A DNA stretch of 62,568 nt, filler included, from Rhabdomonas costata (taxonomy: Eukaryota), in NCBI GenBank assembly GCA_019059605.1. It is 35 parts of 35 records of this genome, joined end to end, with 100 filler letters (N's around TTAATTAATTAA, not from the genome) between each part and the next. Parts side by side here need not be neighbours in the genome. Positions count along the whole stretch, not along the records: positions 12,548 to 14,239 come from JAHMHO010010598.1; positions 14,340 to 16,030 come from JAHMHO010010599.1; positions 16,131 to 17,815 come from JAHMHO010010600.1; positions 17,916 to 19,607 come from JAHMHO010010601.1; positions 19,708 to 21,398 come from JAHMHO010010602.1; positions 21,499 to 23,189 come from JAHMHO010010603.1; positions 23,290 to 24,976 come from JAHMHO010010604.1; positions 25,077 to 26,767 come from JAHMHO010010605.1; 27 more parts are not named here. One strand, written 5' to 3'. Below the pieces are notes generated by a model. The model was given only the letters and a program-made list of their open reading frames with translations. It ran no database searches and was not told the DNA's origin. How positions within the stretch are numbered: position 1 is the stretch's first letter; each line of letters opens with the position of its first letter. This document shows, piece after piece, positions 12,666-25,106 of the stretch. The position numbers and the translations under genes are program-made.

Positions 12666-13899
12666 GAGCTCTCGGTCCTGTACTTACTGCGAACGGTTCC
12701 TCGCATCCTGAAGAGCACCCTCTCGGGGAGCACCACTGAGGGCTCGGCATTCGCCTCCGCGTACCAGGAAGCGTATCTCCAGTGGATAACCGGAGCGATT
12801 TTTGCTGCTAAGGTCTCCTTTTTTCTTCGGGGTTTTTCTTTTCTCAAGCTCTGTTTTTTTTTCCTCTTCTTCTTTTTCCTATCTTCCATTTTTTACTGCT
12901 AGGTTTCAGCTAGCGGATGGTACGGGTTTGTTCGCTTAGGCGACCTTGGGGACTTGGAAAGAAGGGTGGAGTCAGGGGGAGGGGAGGCCGAACCCGAAAA
13001 TGTACTTTCGATCCCGAGAACAAAGCATGAAAAAACCTGTTCCTGCCCAACCACGCAAGCCACCCACAATCTTCTCTCCAAAAAGGCTGCGTGCACTTCT
13101 ATTCTGCTCAGTGTAAGCAGCCCTTGGATCCTCGGGCGGAGGAATCTGTGCTGGCTGCGCTGGGCGGGGTGTCTGCCTTGCTGCCGATGTGGCCCCCGGC
13201 CAATGAGGCCCCGCTGTTGCAGTTTCTGGTCGACGCCGCAGCTCATGGAGGACGTCTCACCGAGAGCTGTGCGAGGCTGGCCGGGGAGGTGCTCTCCAAG
13301 GCGACCACGGTGGCTCAGCTACCTTCCTTGCTCATCCCAAGGTCACGTGTAAGTCCTAGCATAGTTCTTGTATCATCCTAAGCAGTGAAACTGGAGTTTT
13401 GTGAATATCACTGCTGATTAGCCTTGAAATCTAAGTGGGGTGCCAATCAGTGTATCCTTGCAATTTTCGCAAAACTTCAAACCTACCTACTTGGTAGCTG
13501 TCCTTGCTGATCCCGAGGTCACATGTTAGTCCTTGCATGGTCCTTTGGTCACCCAAAGCAGTGTAGCGGGAACTGGAGTTTTATAACGAGCCTGGCTTGA
13601 AGGATGAATAGCTTTGAAAGCCGGGTGGTTTGCCTATATGTGGTAAGTTTCTTCGCCCATGCTTTTCCTCAGGGTGCTGGACCTGCTCTCCATGGTGGAC
13701 ATACCGTCTCCGGCAGCCTTTCTCTGGACGGACCTGTGCTCAATGTGCGTCGAGCAGTTGCTGCGGCAGAGCAGTAGCGGAGAGGAGTGCCGTGAACCGG
13801 GGCAAGGAAAGCCCCTTTGCGCGACAGGGGTGTACTCGTGGCTGGCCAAGCTCTGGGCCGTGCTGGAGCGCATGTTGGACCTTCAACATGGAAGCGAAG
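12666..13899 (+). CDS. Hypothetical helical protein, three in-phase exons (12666-12812, 13121-13341, 13673-13899)
   Basis: GT-AG boundaries have consistent phases and the codons are GC3-rich. The Leu/Ala-rich product belongs to no family I recognise. Confidence 0.6.
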
Positions 13900-14364
13900 G
13901 TGTTTTTGCTTGTGTGGTTGCACGTTGTTTGTTTCTTTGCTTCACGGTCTATTTCTATGTTATACTACTATTTGCACACATGCACGCATGCACACGTTGT
14001 TATGTCCCCCACCAGGGGTTAGAAGATTGAAAAAAAAAAAGGTTTCAGACACGACCCCTCCCCCTCCATCTTCTTTCTTTTCCTGTACACTTCACACCGC
14101 TCCACTGCGCTTTCGCCAGACTTTTTCAATCCCTCTAACCCCTGGTGGGGGACATAACAACGTGTGCATGCGTGCATGTGTGCTGGAGCGCATGTTGGAC
14201 CTTCAACATGGAAGCGAAGGTGTTTTTGCTTGTGTGGTTNNNNNNNNNNNNNNNNNNNNNNNNNNNNNNNNNNNNNNNNNNNNTTAATTAATTAANNNNN
14301 NNNNNNNNNNNNNNNNNNNNNNNNNNNNNNNNNNNNNNNGGGTGTTGGGAATGGCAAGGCGAGA

Positions 14365-14422
14365 TGAGGTGAGGTGAGGTGAGGTGAGGTGAGGTGAGGT
14401 GAGGTGAGGCGAGGTGAGGTGA
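14365..14422. repeat. (GAGGT)n pentanucleotide microsatellite
   Basis: About 11 near-perfect tandem copies are visible directly. Confidence 0.95.
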
Positions 14423-14458
14423 GATTTGCGCGTGGCTGGGTGTGGTGGACGGTGGTGC

Positions 14459-16000
14459 CTGGGGCAAGATCTGCACGCAGTGCTGCCCCTCAGGGAAGAG
14501 ACGCTCCAGCCCAGGCCGCTGCCGCAACTCCAGCTCCGAGACCCAAGGGAGCCCCAGGGCATCCTATGCGAGCGACCAAAGAAGAACGGATTCAGAAGGA
14601 ATCCGCATCAGCGGGCAATCAGGTCTCTCCCGAGTTCCCATTTTCGCAAGAAGATCAGCACCACCAGCTGGAGACCACATAGACACCCGCAAAACCCCTC
14701 ACTCGCAAACGCAGCGCACACCTGGCTCCATCTCTCCCGCTCACTCACTCACTCAATGGAAAGGCTGAAGACGAGTAGTGGAGCTGGCAGGCAGAACCAG
14801 ATCCCCGCGGATCGCCGCCCACGTGCTGTGGGAGAGCAGCACCTCCCCTCCGCGGCAGTTGCGGTGCAGGGCCGCGCAGTGGGCCAGGGCACGCCCCTCG
14901 TACCCCGAGACCTCGTGATCCACGTCCATCTGCGGCACGAGATCTGCCCGCATCTCACTGCAGTGCACCTGAGCAGCCAGCACAGCAGGGAACATCCCAT
15001 GTGTCCACAAACCAAACAGTATTGTTTTTCCACCCACTCGTTTCCGACATCTTATAGCGGGGGTCGTTAAAACGTTAACTGGTATTAAAGTTTCGAAACG
15101 TTGCAGATCGATTGGGGCAGCATTATTATAGGGGTGGATATTATTATAGGGGTGGATGCCAGTGGCAGTTTAACACAACTTGGTGAAGTTCCTTTGGGAG
15201 CACGGGGCTTTGGTAACGTGTGCCTGTACCCACCAAATGAAGTCGATAGAGGGTTACGTGAACGGTACCACTTGCCTGTAGATTGCGATTTTTAAGTGTA
15301 AAAATTCTCGACCGCGCAAAACCGTGCCCAATAAAACTGTACCATTCTGACGCCATTGAGGTCGAACCGTCTCTGCCACAGCCGACAAGAGGTCTTTCGA
15401 AGATCCCCATTAAAATAGACGTAACATGGGGCACCCCAATTTTGGAGACCGCGACAATGCTGCGATTCCACTTTGGTTCACCGTTTCCGAATCCAGAGCA
15501 ACCTGTCCTTTTCAATCCTGCCTCGCACCGACCAAGCCCTCTCAAGGCAGGCGACCTTGTTTTCCATCCTGTCCGCCAACCGCAACTCTTTCGGAATGTC
15601 CAGGGCTAAGCTACAGTGCGGCCAATGGAGAACCCTACAACTCAAGCGAGCTTTCAGCGCACAAGTCATGCACACAAATGCACATTCATACACCCGCACA
15701 AACACGCACCACACGCCACACACCCACCACAGGGTGCCGAGGATCGCCTTGCCCGAGGCAACCGGTGCACGGCTTCCATTGAGCACATCAAACACTATGT
15801 AGGGATCAGCCGCCGAAAGTCGGCGCACCTCGTCCACCACCCCGGACGAGGGGATCTGCCCCAAAATCTCCGCGATGAGGAGGTTCAGGTCGGGTACGGT
15901 CATGGTCTCGAGTCGCTCCCGCAGCACGTCGAGAATCAGTAGAGGAATGTCAAGAGAGGTGATTTTGCCCACGAGAAGCGAGCACCAGAGACCGAAGCTT
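14459..16000 (-). CDS. Protein with a degenerate class III nucleotidyl-cyclase-like C-terminal half (best exons 14968-14798, 14563-14459; upstream exons ~16000-15727 and ~15610-15556)
   Basis: YEGRALAHCAALHRNCRGGEVLLSHSTWAAIRGDL|DALGLPWVSEL...VQILPQ resembles the cyclase pattern Y.G..VN.AAR....A.GGQVLLS..TW...P.V..L...QILP. Confidence 0.5.
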
Positions 16001-17915
16001 TGTAGATAGGAGGGATCACATATCACACAANNNNNNNNNNNNNNNNNNNNNNNNNNNNNNNNNNNNNNNNNNNNTTAATTAATTAANNNNNNNNNNNNNN
16101 NNNNNNNNNNNNNNNNNNNNNNNNNNNNNNAGAGCGAAGTTACAGGCCTGGTTCGTCACGTTGTCCTTCCGGTTCTCCTCAGTGTGACCTTCTTGGGCCG
16201 CACCGCTCGAGGCTGCGCTTCCCATTATGCAAACAATACAAGGGGAAAGAAAAAAAAAGCAAAGCAAAGCAAAGCGACAATCAAAAAAGTGGTGATGGGC
16301 GGGAAAAAAATGGAAGGTGGTTTTCTATGAAGATCTGGAAAGCAAATGTCAAATACCGGGTGTAAGAGAGCTGTGATGAGAGAGTAAAGAGGATAAACGA
16401 GGAGTCGAATGGGGGATGTTGCCGATAATGTTGACAACGTTGTCCATTTCTTCCACCGCAGTGTGGATTTCGGAAGCATTGAGGTTGCTGTCCATGAGGG
16501 GTAGACACATGACAAACACACATGACAACCGATCGGACGATAACCATGTCCCGACTGGAGAGAAATGCGACCTGCTTTGCAGTGGTCACCACATCCAACA
16601 GACACGGACACCTCTGCATGATTTACCGCTTCCGCGCAGCCTCCTGAACACATCCAGCATCCAACGGTCAATAAAGAGGAGGTAAAGCCCTACAGGGACG
16701 GTGCAGAAAGATGAGCAAAATATAATGTAGCAAAGCGCGTTAAATCCAAAGAGGTGGATACGGATTCCCCCAAGTATGCTGCTATTTCACATTTCTGCGG
16801 TGTTAAAGAGTTAAAGAGCAAGAAGTTCATCTTCCCAGATCCGGGAACGGAACTGCAGACCGTGGGGACGCAAGGAAGCCCTTGATTGGGAAATGGCACG
16901 TTCCGCGCTGGCAATGGGGCAGTAAGAATGTCGCTGAAGGACCTCCAAAGCTTTGTTTGTTGTTCCACCCAGGATAGTCAAGTTGGCGATGCCAATAATT
17001 ACATGCAAAAAAATGCCAAAACGCGAAAAAAGTGCAATTCACAGGCCAAAATTTCGCCCCCGCGTCTGTTGTCACAAGCCTCCTTCGTCAGCTAAAAATG
17101 GGGGTTTTTGTTTAAACAAAGGGTTTTCAGATGGATACTGGAATCAGATGGAGATTTTTTTGACAGACCAGACCATTCAGTTCCTTAACTTGCATGCCAT
17201 CAAATATCATTATTCTTTCGCGGTGCAATTTACATATTCTGCGATGTGGTAGGTGGCGGGTTGCAAAACAGGAGGGAATGTATCCGGTCCGGGTTTTCAG
17301 TAAACATTGCTCACGGCTCAACATCAAACACATCAAGCACGCAACACACCACCGGCAATCCGTTCTCGGTCCACCAAAAATAAAAAACAAGAAGCACATA
17401 AACAAACGCAGCAGGAACACTGCGAGCGTGTTTTCCCCCAAAGCGGTCGTTTGTGCATCCTCAAGCCCCATGCTGCTCCCCTGGGGTTAGGCCACCGCCT
17501 CTCCCTCTGTCACCTTTCCTTGGGATTCCCTCAGTTGGGCTGAGGACTGGAAAGAACTGGTCACGGGCGTACCGAGATGGGGATGCACGGTGGGCAACTA
17601 CCGCAGGAATGGAGCACATCTCTGGGCGGCAACGTGTATGCGTGTGAACGAACGTGCACACTATTTTTCAGTGGGTGAGCATCTGCCGCGCAGAACAGCG
17701 ATGGGGGGTGCGTGAAGGAGAGAAGAGAGCTGCTTACACTATTTACATCTCTCAGAAAAGGGAGCAAAGTGGACCTCTTTACAAATGGAACGGAACGCAG
17801 AGCGACAACACCAACNNNNNNNNNNNNNNNNNNNNNNNNNNNNNNNNNNNNNNNNNNNNTTAATTAATTAANNNNNNNNNNNNNNNNNNNNNNNNNNNNN
17901 NNNNNNNNNNNNNNN

Positions 17916-19607
17916 TGGTGGTTGGTGGCTCACGTGCAGAGAATCATCGATCTGCTTGACCTGCGGGCGATTCAGCATCAATTGGTCGGGGTGAAGGGCA
18001 GCGGGCTCTCTGTGGAGCAGCTCAGGCGAGTCACGGTTGGAGTTGGGCTGTCAGCCAACCCCTCCGTGCTGCTCCTGGACGAGCCAACTAGCGGTGTGAA
18101 TGGGTTGAGGGGAGGAGCAGCGTGTAAGCAATCTCTATGGACGTGGACACCCATAAACAGTTCTGCAGTGTGACATGCTCGACATTAGGGCCCAAAGGAA
18201 GGCTGGCTAAATTCTGTCACCAATGTCATGCGGATGAAGAGGAGAATTGGGATGGAAGGTTTTGCAGGCTGGTCAAACGGCGGTTAGAGAGACAGGTTTC
18301 CCATTTCTCAATGCACTATCCCCTGGTATTTTACCAGTGGTGTACGTACGTGCGAGAGGGGCACATATTCCTAGAATTCGTCCTTCTAGGCCCTTAACTC
18401 TAAAAAGAAAAAACATCCTCCCTGGCGCATACGGTAGCAACGGTAGCTCGCACAAATTTCGCCCCCCCCCCGAAAAGCAGGTCCTAACTAAATTCTCGCC
18501 CGGGGATGGTCCCCATTTTTTTTTCGATTCCTTTCGTCAGGAAAGAGAATATGTAATGTCAGCTCGGAAAAAAATTGGGGGGATTGCAAAGAGCTGATGG
18601 CGGAAGCTGCTATAATATAGATGGCTGCGAGGGGAGGTGCTTATGCATTCCGTTTCAAAGAGAGTTGATTGTTTGGGGAAGGTCAGCAGCTCAGAAAACA
18701 AGAAAGAAAAGCGAAAAGAGGAAAAGATCCATACAAACAAATTAAGCAAGCAAGCAAACAAGGCAGAAGCTTTCCGTCGACGCTCTTCGGGGCGTTAGGG
18801 TTGGACTCTGGGGCAGCCCTGTCAGTGATGCGGGCGGTGCGGAGCGTGTCAGCCTCCGGGCGCACCGTGCTGTGTTCGATCCACCAGCCCAACAGGATGC
18901 TGCTGGGGATGTTTGAAAGCCTTCTGGTGCTGGGCGAGGGGGGCAAGGTGGTGTTCTTCGGGGAGCTTGCCAAGAATTCCGCCAATCTGGTCCGGCACTT
19001 TGAGGGTGCCCCTGGGGTGACCCCAATGAAGCCGTATGCCGCTTGCTCACCCATCCTGGGAGGAGTGACCGCCTGTAGTGGTCGCAGTTTCTTTTTGAGC
19101 TGTTCCTGATTTCTATGCCATGTCATTACGAACCCCCAGGCTTCCCTTTTAGGTACCCAGGCCGACTTGCCTGGGCCACGATAGATAACAAACTTTGATC
19201 GTTAAAAAAATCGACTCTGGGAACCTAAATAAAGCACCTGAATCCCCACTCCCTCCCGTGTTCCATTCGTCCATTGCCATCAAGTTCTTCGGGATGTCAT
19301 TGTTGATGACTGTCAATGGCTCTTTTAGTAGCCTTCGCGGTTGTTCAAGAAAGGGGGCGGGTCGAGCAGATCCCCACTTATGTTAGAACGGGCACGAGCA
19401 CATGTGGCTTGAGCACTATTGCATCAGCACCGTTGCCGACCAAGTGCTTGCAAAGACGTTATGGGTTTGGTGCCCTCTGATTTTTGTCGTTCTTGTTCTT
19501 CTCTGCCTTGGCCGTTAGGAAGCACAACCCAGCGTCTTGGGTGTTGGAGCTTCTGGCCGAGCATCGCTCCACGGATTTCCATGAATACTACAGGAAGAGC
19601 AAAAACA
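17916..19607 (+). CDS. ABCG/PDR-type ABC transporter, nucleotide-binding domain (exons 17916-18093, 18799-19033, 19519-19607)
   Basis: GLSVEQLRRVTVGVGLSANPSVLLLDEPTSG|LDSGAALSVMRAVRSVSASGRTVLCSIHQP...|KHNPASWVLE is a PDR NBD2-type signature with Walker B and H-loop. The GT-AG introns are in phase. Confidence 0.93.
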
Positions 19608-20603
19608 NNNNNNNNNNNNNNNNNNNNNNNNNNNNNNNNNNNNNNNNNNNNTTAATTAATTAANNNNNNNNNNNNNNNNNNNNNNNNNNNNNNNNNNNNN
19701 NNNNNNNGGTGGGGTTTGATCAAGCGCCACTCCCGGGAACTCAGCTTGTGCTTCCAGATGAAGAACTTCATGGCCTCGCCCTACTGCGTGACGTCCACCT
19801 CGCGCGCCGTGAGCGTGCTTGCGGTGGCGGTGACCGCGGCGCTTGATCAAAACCCACCCAAAAATGCAGTCCAGGGTGGGCTTCAGGTTGAAGGCCAAGA
19901 CAGGCTGCGAGATCCAGCCCTGACCGCTGGCGTCAAAACGCCTCCGCAGCCAGGCCTGAACAGCGTCCCGGCTGTAGGCGGTGTTTTCGGTAAGCCTGCG
20001 GTGGAAAAAAATAAGAACTATGTGCCCGAGATTGTCACATGACGTCAGCTGCGCCTTCTGTCGAAAACCAAATTCTTTTCCAGGCCCGCTGGCAGAAACC
20101 CTGGCCCCTGCAGCACAGTCTTGTACAAAAAAGAGCAAAAAAGAGCCCGAACGTCGGAATTTGAAAACCTCTGAACCTCTCGCTTTGAGGGACCGGCTCG
20201 GATAGGGCGGGAAAGTGGAGGTTGTACAGCTCCTGTGCATGGACCATGGATAGAAACTGCAGAGGAAGTTGGGCTTTGGGGCCAATTGAGACCCGTGAAG
20301 TGGAAGGAGCAGAAATTGACCGACCTGTTGGAAGGTGTACACTGCTGGAAGCTGCACCTGCCACTTCCTTCCCGTGCACGCCCTTGAGCAGTTTGCTCAG
20401 CAAATGTCGACATAGGGGCAGGTCAGCTGCATCTCTGTGTGGACCTAGATGGATTTTCGAGGGACCTTGGGGGAGCTAAGTGGAATTTTCGCAGTACCCC
20501 GTGACAGTTGCTGTGCTGCTGTCGTAGCCGTCGTTGTGGCTATTGCGCTCCGTCACTTCCGCCCTGTTAGTACGTCCTATTTTCCTCGCTTTTTTTTTTC
20601 AAC

Positions 20604-20908
20604 CGTTTCCCCGGTGGACTGGTGGACTGAGTGGGAGGTTGGGAGCTGGGGTCGATATACCCGGCTTTGCAGAAGAGGTTGGTCAGGAAGACATACAACT
20701 CCTCTTCGGAAGCGAAAGATTTAGGCATCGGCTTGAGAGCGTCAGCATCAATCCTCTGCACCATGTAGTTTCCCGCCTCCCTGAAGAACCGCTCATATTC
20801 GCCTCCACTCAGAACTCCGTCGTGGTCCAAGTCCAACATCGCAAACAGCCTGTCAGCAAACAGGCAAAAGTCCCCAAAGAGGTTGAATTTGGACACCCTT
20901 CGAAAGAT
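20604..20908 (-). CDS. EF-hand-containing protein, internal exon
   Basis: LFAMLDLDHDGVLSGGEYERFF is a canonical EF-hand loop (D-x-D-x-D-G-x-L-S-x-x-E), flanked by a CAG acceptor and a GT donor. Confidence 0.65.
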
Positions 20909-21498
20909 CTGGCTGGTTCAGGGCTGGGGCTGCGAAGCCCTCAAAAACCCCGCACTGAGTTGCAGCTGTGCATGTTCTCGTGACGGGTGCTGCTCCACGT
21001 GTCTACGCTGATTCGCTTCGTGTCGGAAGGTTTTGCTGCGAAAACTTCTATAGTTGCACTTCGCACAGTAGAGGATGTGACAGCGACTTCGACATGAAAC
21101 ACAAACCACTGGAAAATGCACAGACATTCGGACACGATGCGAATCAGATTCAACACGACTGCGCTGCGGAGATGCGGAGTTTAACAATTGAGAGTCAAAA
21201 TCGAGGAAGATAGAGATTATGAGAATCGCAAGGAAAAAGGTCAACATTCCCTTGCTGAATTTTGCTTGGTTTCCAAAGACTCGGAGGGACATTCAGCGTT
21301 CACGGCGTTTCAGCTCGCTTTTCAGAGGAAAAATGAAGGAGCACGAAAGGTGGCGCCAAACGAGTCGAGAGAAGGCCAGAGTTGTGAAAGCGCGACTTNN
21401 NNNNNNNNNNNNNNNNNNNNNNNNNNNNNNNNNNNNNNNNNNTTAATTAATTAANNNNNNNNNNNNNNNNNNNNNNNNNNNNNNNNNNNNNNNNNNNN

Positions 21499-23010
21499 GC
21501 GCCCTGATGTGCTGCGGGTGCACGACACGTGGACCAAGGACAGCTTCACGGACATCCCCGCCACGGAGCTCGCTACCACACGGGGGAGCCGCTCATACAG
21601 GATGGTTACCACCCCAGACGGGGGCTCGGAGGTAAGTTTACTTCAAAACAGCCTTTGTGGGGCATGGCCATGCTGGTCACGAGCCAGTAGGGCGCAGTCG
21701 TTCGTCCACTGAGTGGAGTTTGGCCTGAGATTCCCAGCCATGACCGAAAAATACCATATACAAATCCGCCTCGTGGCCTTAGTTTGGAGCATGTTTTGTA
21801 CCAAACCTTTGTCGGATCAACAGTTTCTCGGGGTTTAGTCCATTCTTTTTTAGGCGGGAATCATTCATGGTCGTACGTCATGCCTTGAAAGGTTTCTGAT
21901 GAGACTTAGTCAAATTAAAACTTGAATAGCTGTGTTTGCAGACGACACTAAAGATGGAAACATACCCGTCTCTCAAGCTTTTCCCCCAAAAACTGAACCC
22001 TGTCAGTGCCCGACCTGTAACCTCCCAAATTGCCTCCCATAGGAGCAATCCCTGCCACCCTACAGTTGGTTCGCGTTGTGTGCAGCACCCCTTCCGCATC
22101 CACTGCTCCGCATGGAGAAATACCGGAAACTGCGGCTACGGCGCCGAATGCGCGTTCATTCACGCGAACTCCTTCCAGGGGTACGCTGTCCTTTTTCTGC
22201 CGTGTTTTTCTTGTGACTTGAGGATTCCTCCCAGCGGTTTGCTCGGCCTCATCTCCCATGAGGAAGTGCTGATCTTAGGAATTGGACGCACCTTTCAGGC
22301 CCTTTTCTTGAAATACCTGAAGTGCTCATTGCATGCCGCTGTTTTTGCCATCACTGTCCACCTCAGAATGTTTGTCCTTTTCGTCAGAATTGGTGGAGGG
22401 GTCCAGACCCGGCGGGACCATACCCTGCCTGGCGAGGCTTGCCCAAAGAACGAGATGTGCCCGGAGCTAAAGCTGCTTTTGAGGGATGGCAAGCCTGGAG
22501 AATGCACATGCAGGCGGCTCCCCTCCCGTGCTCGTACGAGTTCCAATTTGTGCAATTATTAGGAAATGGTTACATCGTCAAACCTGTTGCCCTCAGTTTT
22601 AATTCAAAATAGTAGTAGTTGTTTCTCAAAAAAGAAGGAAAGGTCAGTTTTTTCGGGAGCTCCTGTTTTCGAATGGGCGGCTGGAGCGCATTCCGCGGAG
22701 AGGAGCAGCTTTGAACTCATCTCACCCCATGCTCGCCCTCTGGTTTGCTTTCCTATTGCAAGGCCTGGCAAGATGTCAATTGTAAGCGACCTGTCACGCA
22801 TGTGCTTGCGCACACAGATGTGAAAAGGCCCACCACCCTGCCGAGCTTGTACCTCCCCCCGACCACGTGCTTCTGGTGGAAAAGTCGGGGGTCCCTGTCA
22901 CGGTGCAGTTCACCATGGGAGGTCCAGATGCACGGATGAACAACACCGCCGTCACAGAGAGTATGGTGTACCCCGCAGACCAGCTGTTCAACACCAAGGG
23001 GGCCAGGGAG
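21499..23010 (+). CDS. CCCH zinc-finger (ZC3H-type) RNA-binding protein (exons 21499-21631, 21942-22180, 22388-~22513, 22818-23010)
   Basis: CSAWRNTGNCGYGAECAFIH is C-x8-C-x5-C-x3-H. The motif IPATELATTRG / YPADQLFNTKG is repeated, and a second Cys/His cluster spans exons 3-4. Confidence 0.75.
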
Positions 23011-24493
23011 GTGTACCTCGTTAACATCACCGCCACCGCCACCTTTCTTCCTTTTTTTGCACGTTACCATTGAAATGTTTTCACTACTCGCAATGCACCG
23101 TCATAATCTTGTCCTCAGTATTCATGTCACGCAGTCTGTGGTACATCCTGTCATTCTCTCTCTCTCTCTCTCTCTCTCCCACAAACACCNNNNNNNNNNN
23201 NNNNNNNNNNNNNNNNNNNNNNNNNNNNNNNNNTTAATTAATTAANNNNNNNNNNNNNNNNNNNNNNNNNNNNNNNNNNNNNNNNNNNNGTTGGTTTTGA
23301 AGCTTAATGTTTCCAAACAAGGGTTTCAAAAGCGCTTTTCGTCCAGGGACAATGCACGGCTTGTCCCTCTGCTTTTCCAGCCTTCGTTTCACACGAAGGC
23401 TTCTGTGCACGTCATTTTCTTTATTTTCTCATGAGCGCATTCCGAGGGGAGTTCCTGCGGACTAGCCCCCCCCCCGTCTTCCCTGTGGTAGGGGAACAGG
23501 AAGATGTGCGGAGAGGGTTCCTGCGTGTGTAAATACATGGGCTTGCTGGTCCATTGCAGTGGGGGTGGGAGGGTGCTTCTGAGAAGAAGCGCTTGGGTCG
23601 CGGGTTGGTAGATGTGCTGTGTTGGATTTTTCTACTTTGGAGCAGGTCACCCTTCTTTTTTCTCGGTGTATTCCTGCCTGTATTCGTAATTTAAAGTCCA
23701 CCAGTTCCCCTGTGGACACAGGTTGAACCTGCGAAATGTTCGCCCTCATTGGTGTTTTTCTCGAGTCAAGGCATCTCAAAAGGGGTTGTTGCTCTCAAAC
23801 AATTTCCCGCCTCATTATAACAAATTGGCAAATTGGCGATTTGCACTACTTTCTGTTGGTTTAATGATCGAGTGTGTCCCATTGTGTAAGTGCATCGACC
23901 ACTGGGGGAAAGTGGACATGCTTGCTTTGCTCAGTTGGTCAAATTTGATTTTGGGGTTAAAAGTACTGAGTTCAGGTCTAAATTATGGTTTTTGGCCTGA
24001 ATTGGGCAAACGTGAAGAAAAATGATGCAGCGCTCAAATACCACCCGCGCGAGTGGGGTGGGGACTGCGGGACAGAATTTTTAGGGGAGGTTCGGGGTTT
24101 GCGGTGTAAGTTCCCCCTGCTGGAGGCTCCACTCTTACAAGACGGATGAATATTTTTGTAAACAACGGTGTGCATGGAATTTTAATAGAAGAATTTGCAG
24201 TATCAGGTGGCGATGCATCTTTCCCTGGAATCTTACAGAGCGAAATAATTCGCAGGGCTAGAGTGTTTGGAGTTAGATAAATCAAACAGTCAGTGTTGTG
24301 GTGAACGTCAGATGTGAGGAAAAAACTCATTGCAATCCCTGCTAAACCCAATCGACCCGCTAGGAAAGTTGGTTTTTCAGGTTTTCATGATTGAAATTTT
24401 TCTTCTGGTAAATGTCCACACCTTTTTTTGTGCAGTTCTTCAGTTGACTATTCATTTCTCGTTGATTTATCGACAGCAGCACTGAGGAGGACA

Positions 24494-24567
24494 ATGACTG
24501 CTCCTCCCAATGTCGTAGTGAACGTGTCCTTCAACCCACCCAAGATTGAGCTCATCGGGCCAGTTCG
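24494..24567 (+). CDS. First coding exon of an unidentified protein (MTAPPNVVVNVSFNPPKIELIGPVR)
   Basis: The ATG lies shortly after pyrimidine-rich AG sites, the codons look coding, and the exon ends at a strong donor CG|GTATGG. Confidence 0.45.
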
Positions 24568-25106
24568 GTATGGAAGGCGTGCACATGTCTACAAATCTTG
24601 GATATCTCGATACCTGCCCTTGCCGACGGCCTCTTCACTAGTGGGCAGCTTCAAATGATACGGAGCGGTCTTGTGGAACGTAACAAGAGCATCCTTCTCT
24701 TGAGGAGGCGGCGTGGTTCTCAAATGAAGAGTCACCATGGATAGCTGAGACTGCCAGGAGGGTGCGACTTCATGTGACTTCAGCTGCATAGTAGCCGATC
24801 ATCATAGTGTAGTTAGGAATGGCACAAATGATTATTCTCTTCTCGATTTTCTCAGCGGCGATGTTGCATTGTGAAAATTACTGATACGCCATCATGTCTT
24901 TGAAAAGCACTTTAGAGGCAGCACGACCCATCCCCTCTTTAAAGAACACTCCGGGACCCCGGGACCCCTGCATCACNNNNNNNNNNNNNNNNNNNNNNNN
25001 NNNNNNNNNNNNNNNNNNNNTTAATTAATTAANNNNNNNNNNNNNNNNNNNNNNNNNNNNNNNNNNNNNNNNNNNNGGGTGTGTGGGCAAGATCTCCACA
25101 GGAGAC

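Noticed and set aside
21875..21925. CTGATGA-GAC-TTA-GTC-AAA resembling a minimal hammerhead ribozyme
   Set aside because: The essential G of GAAA is missing and no stem III can form.
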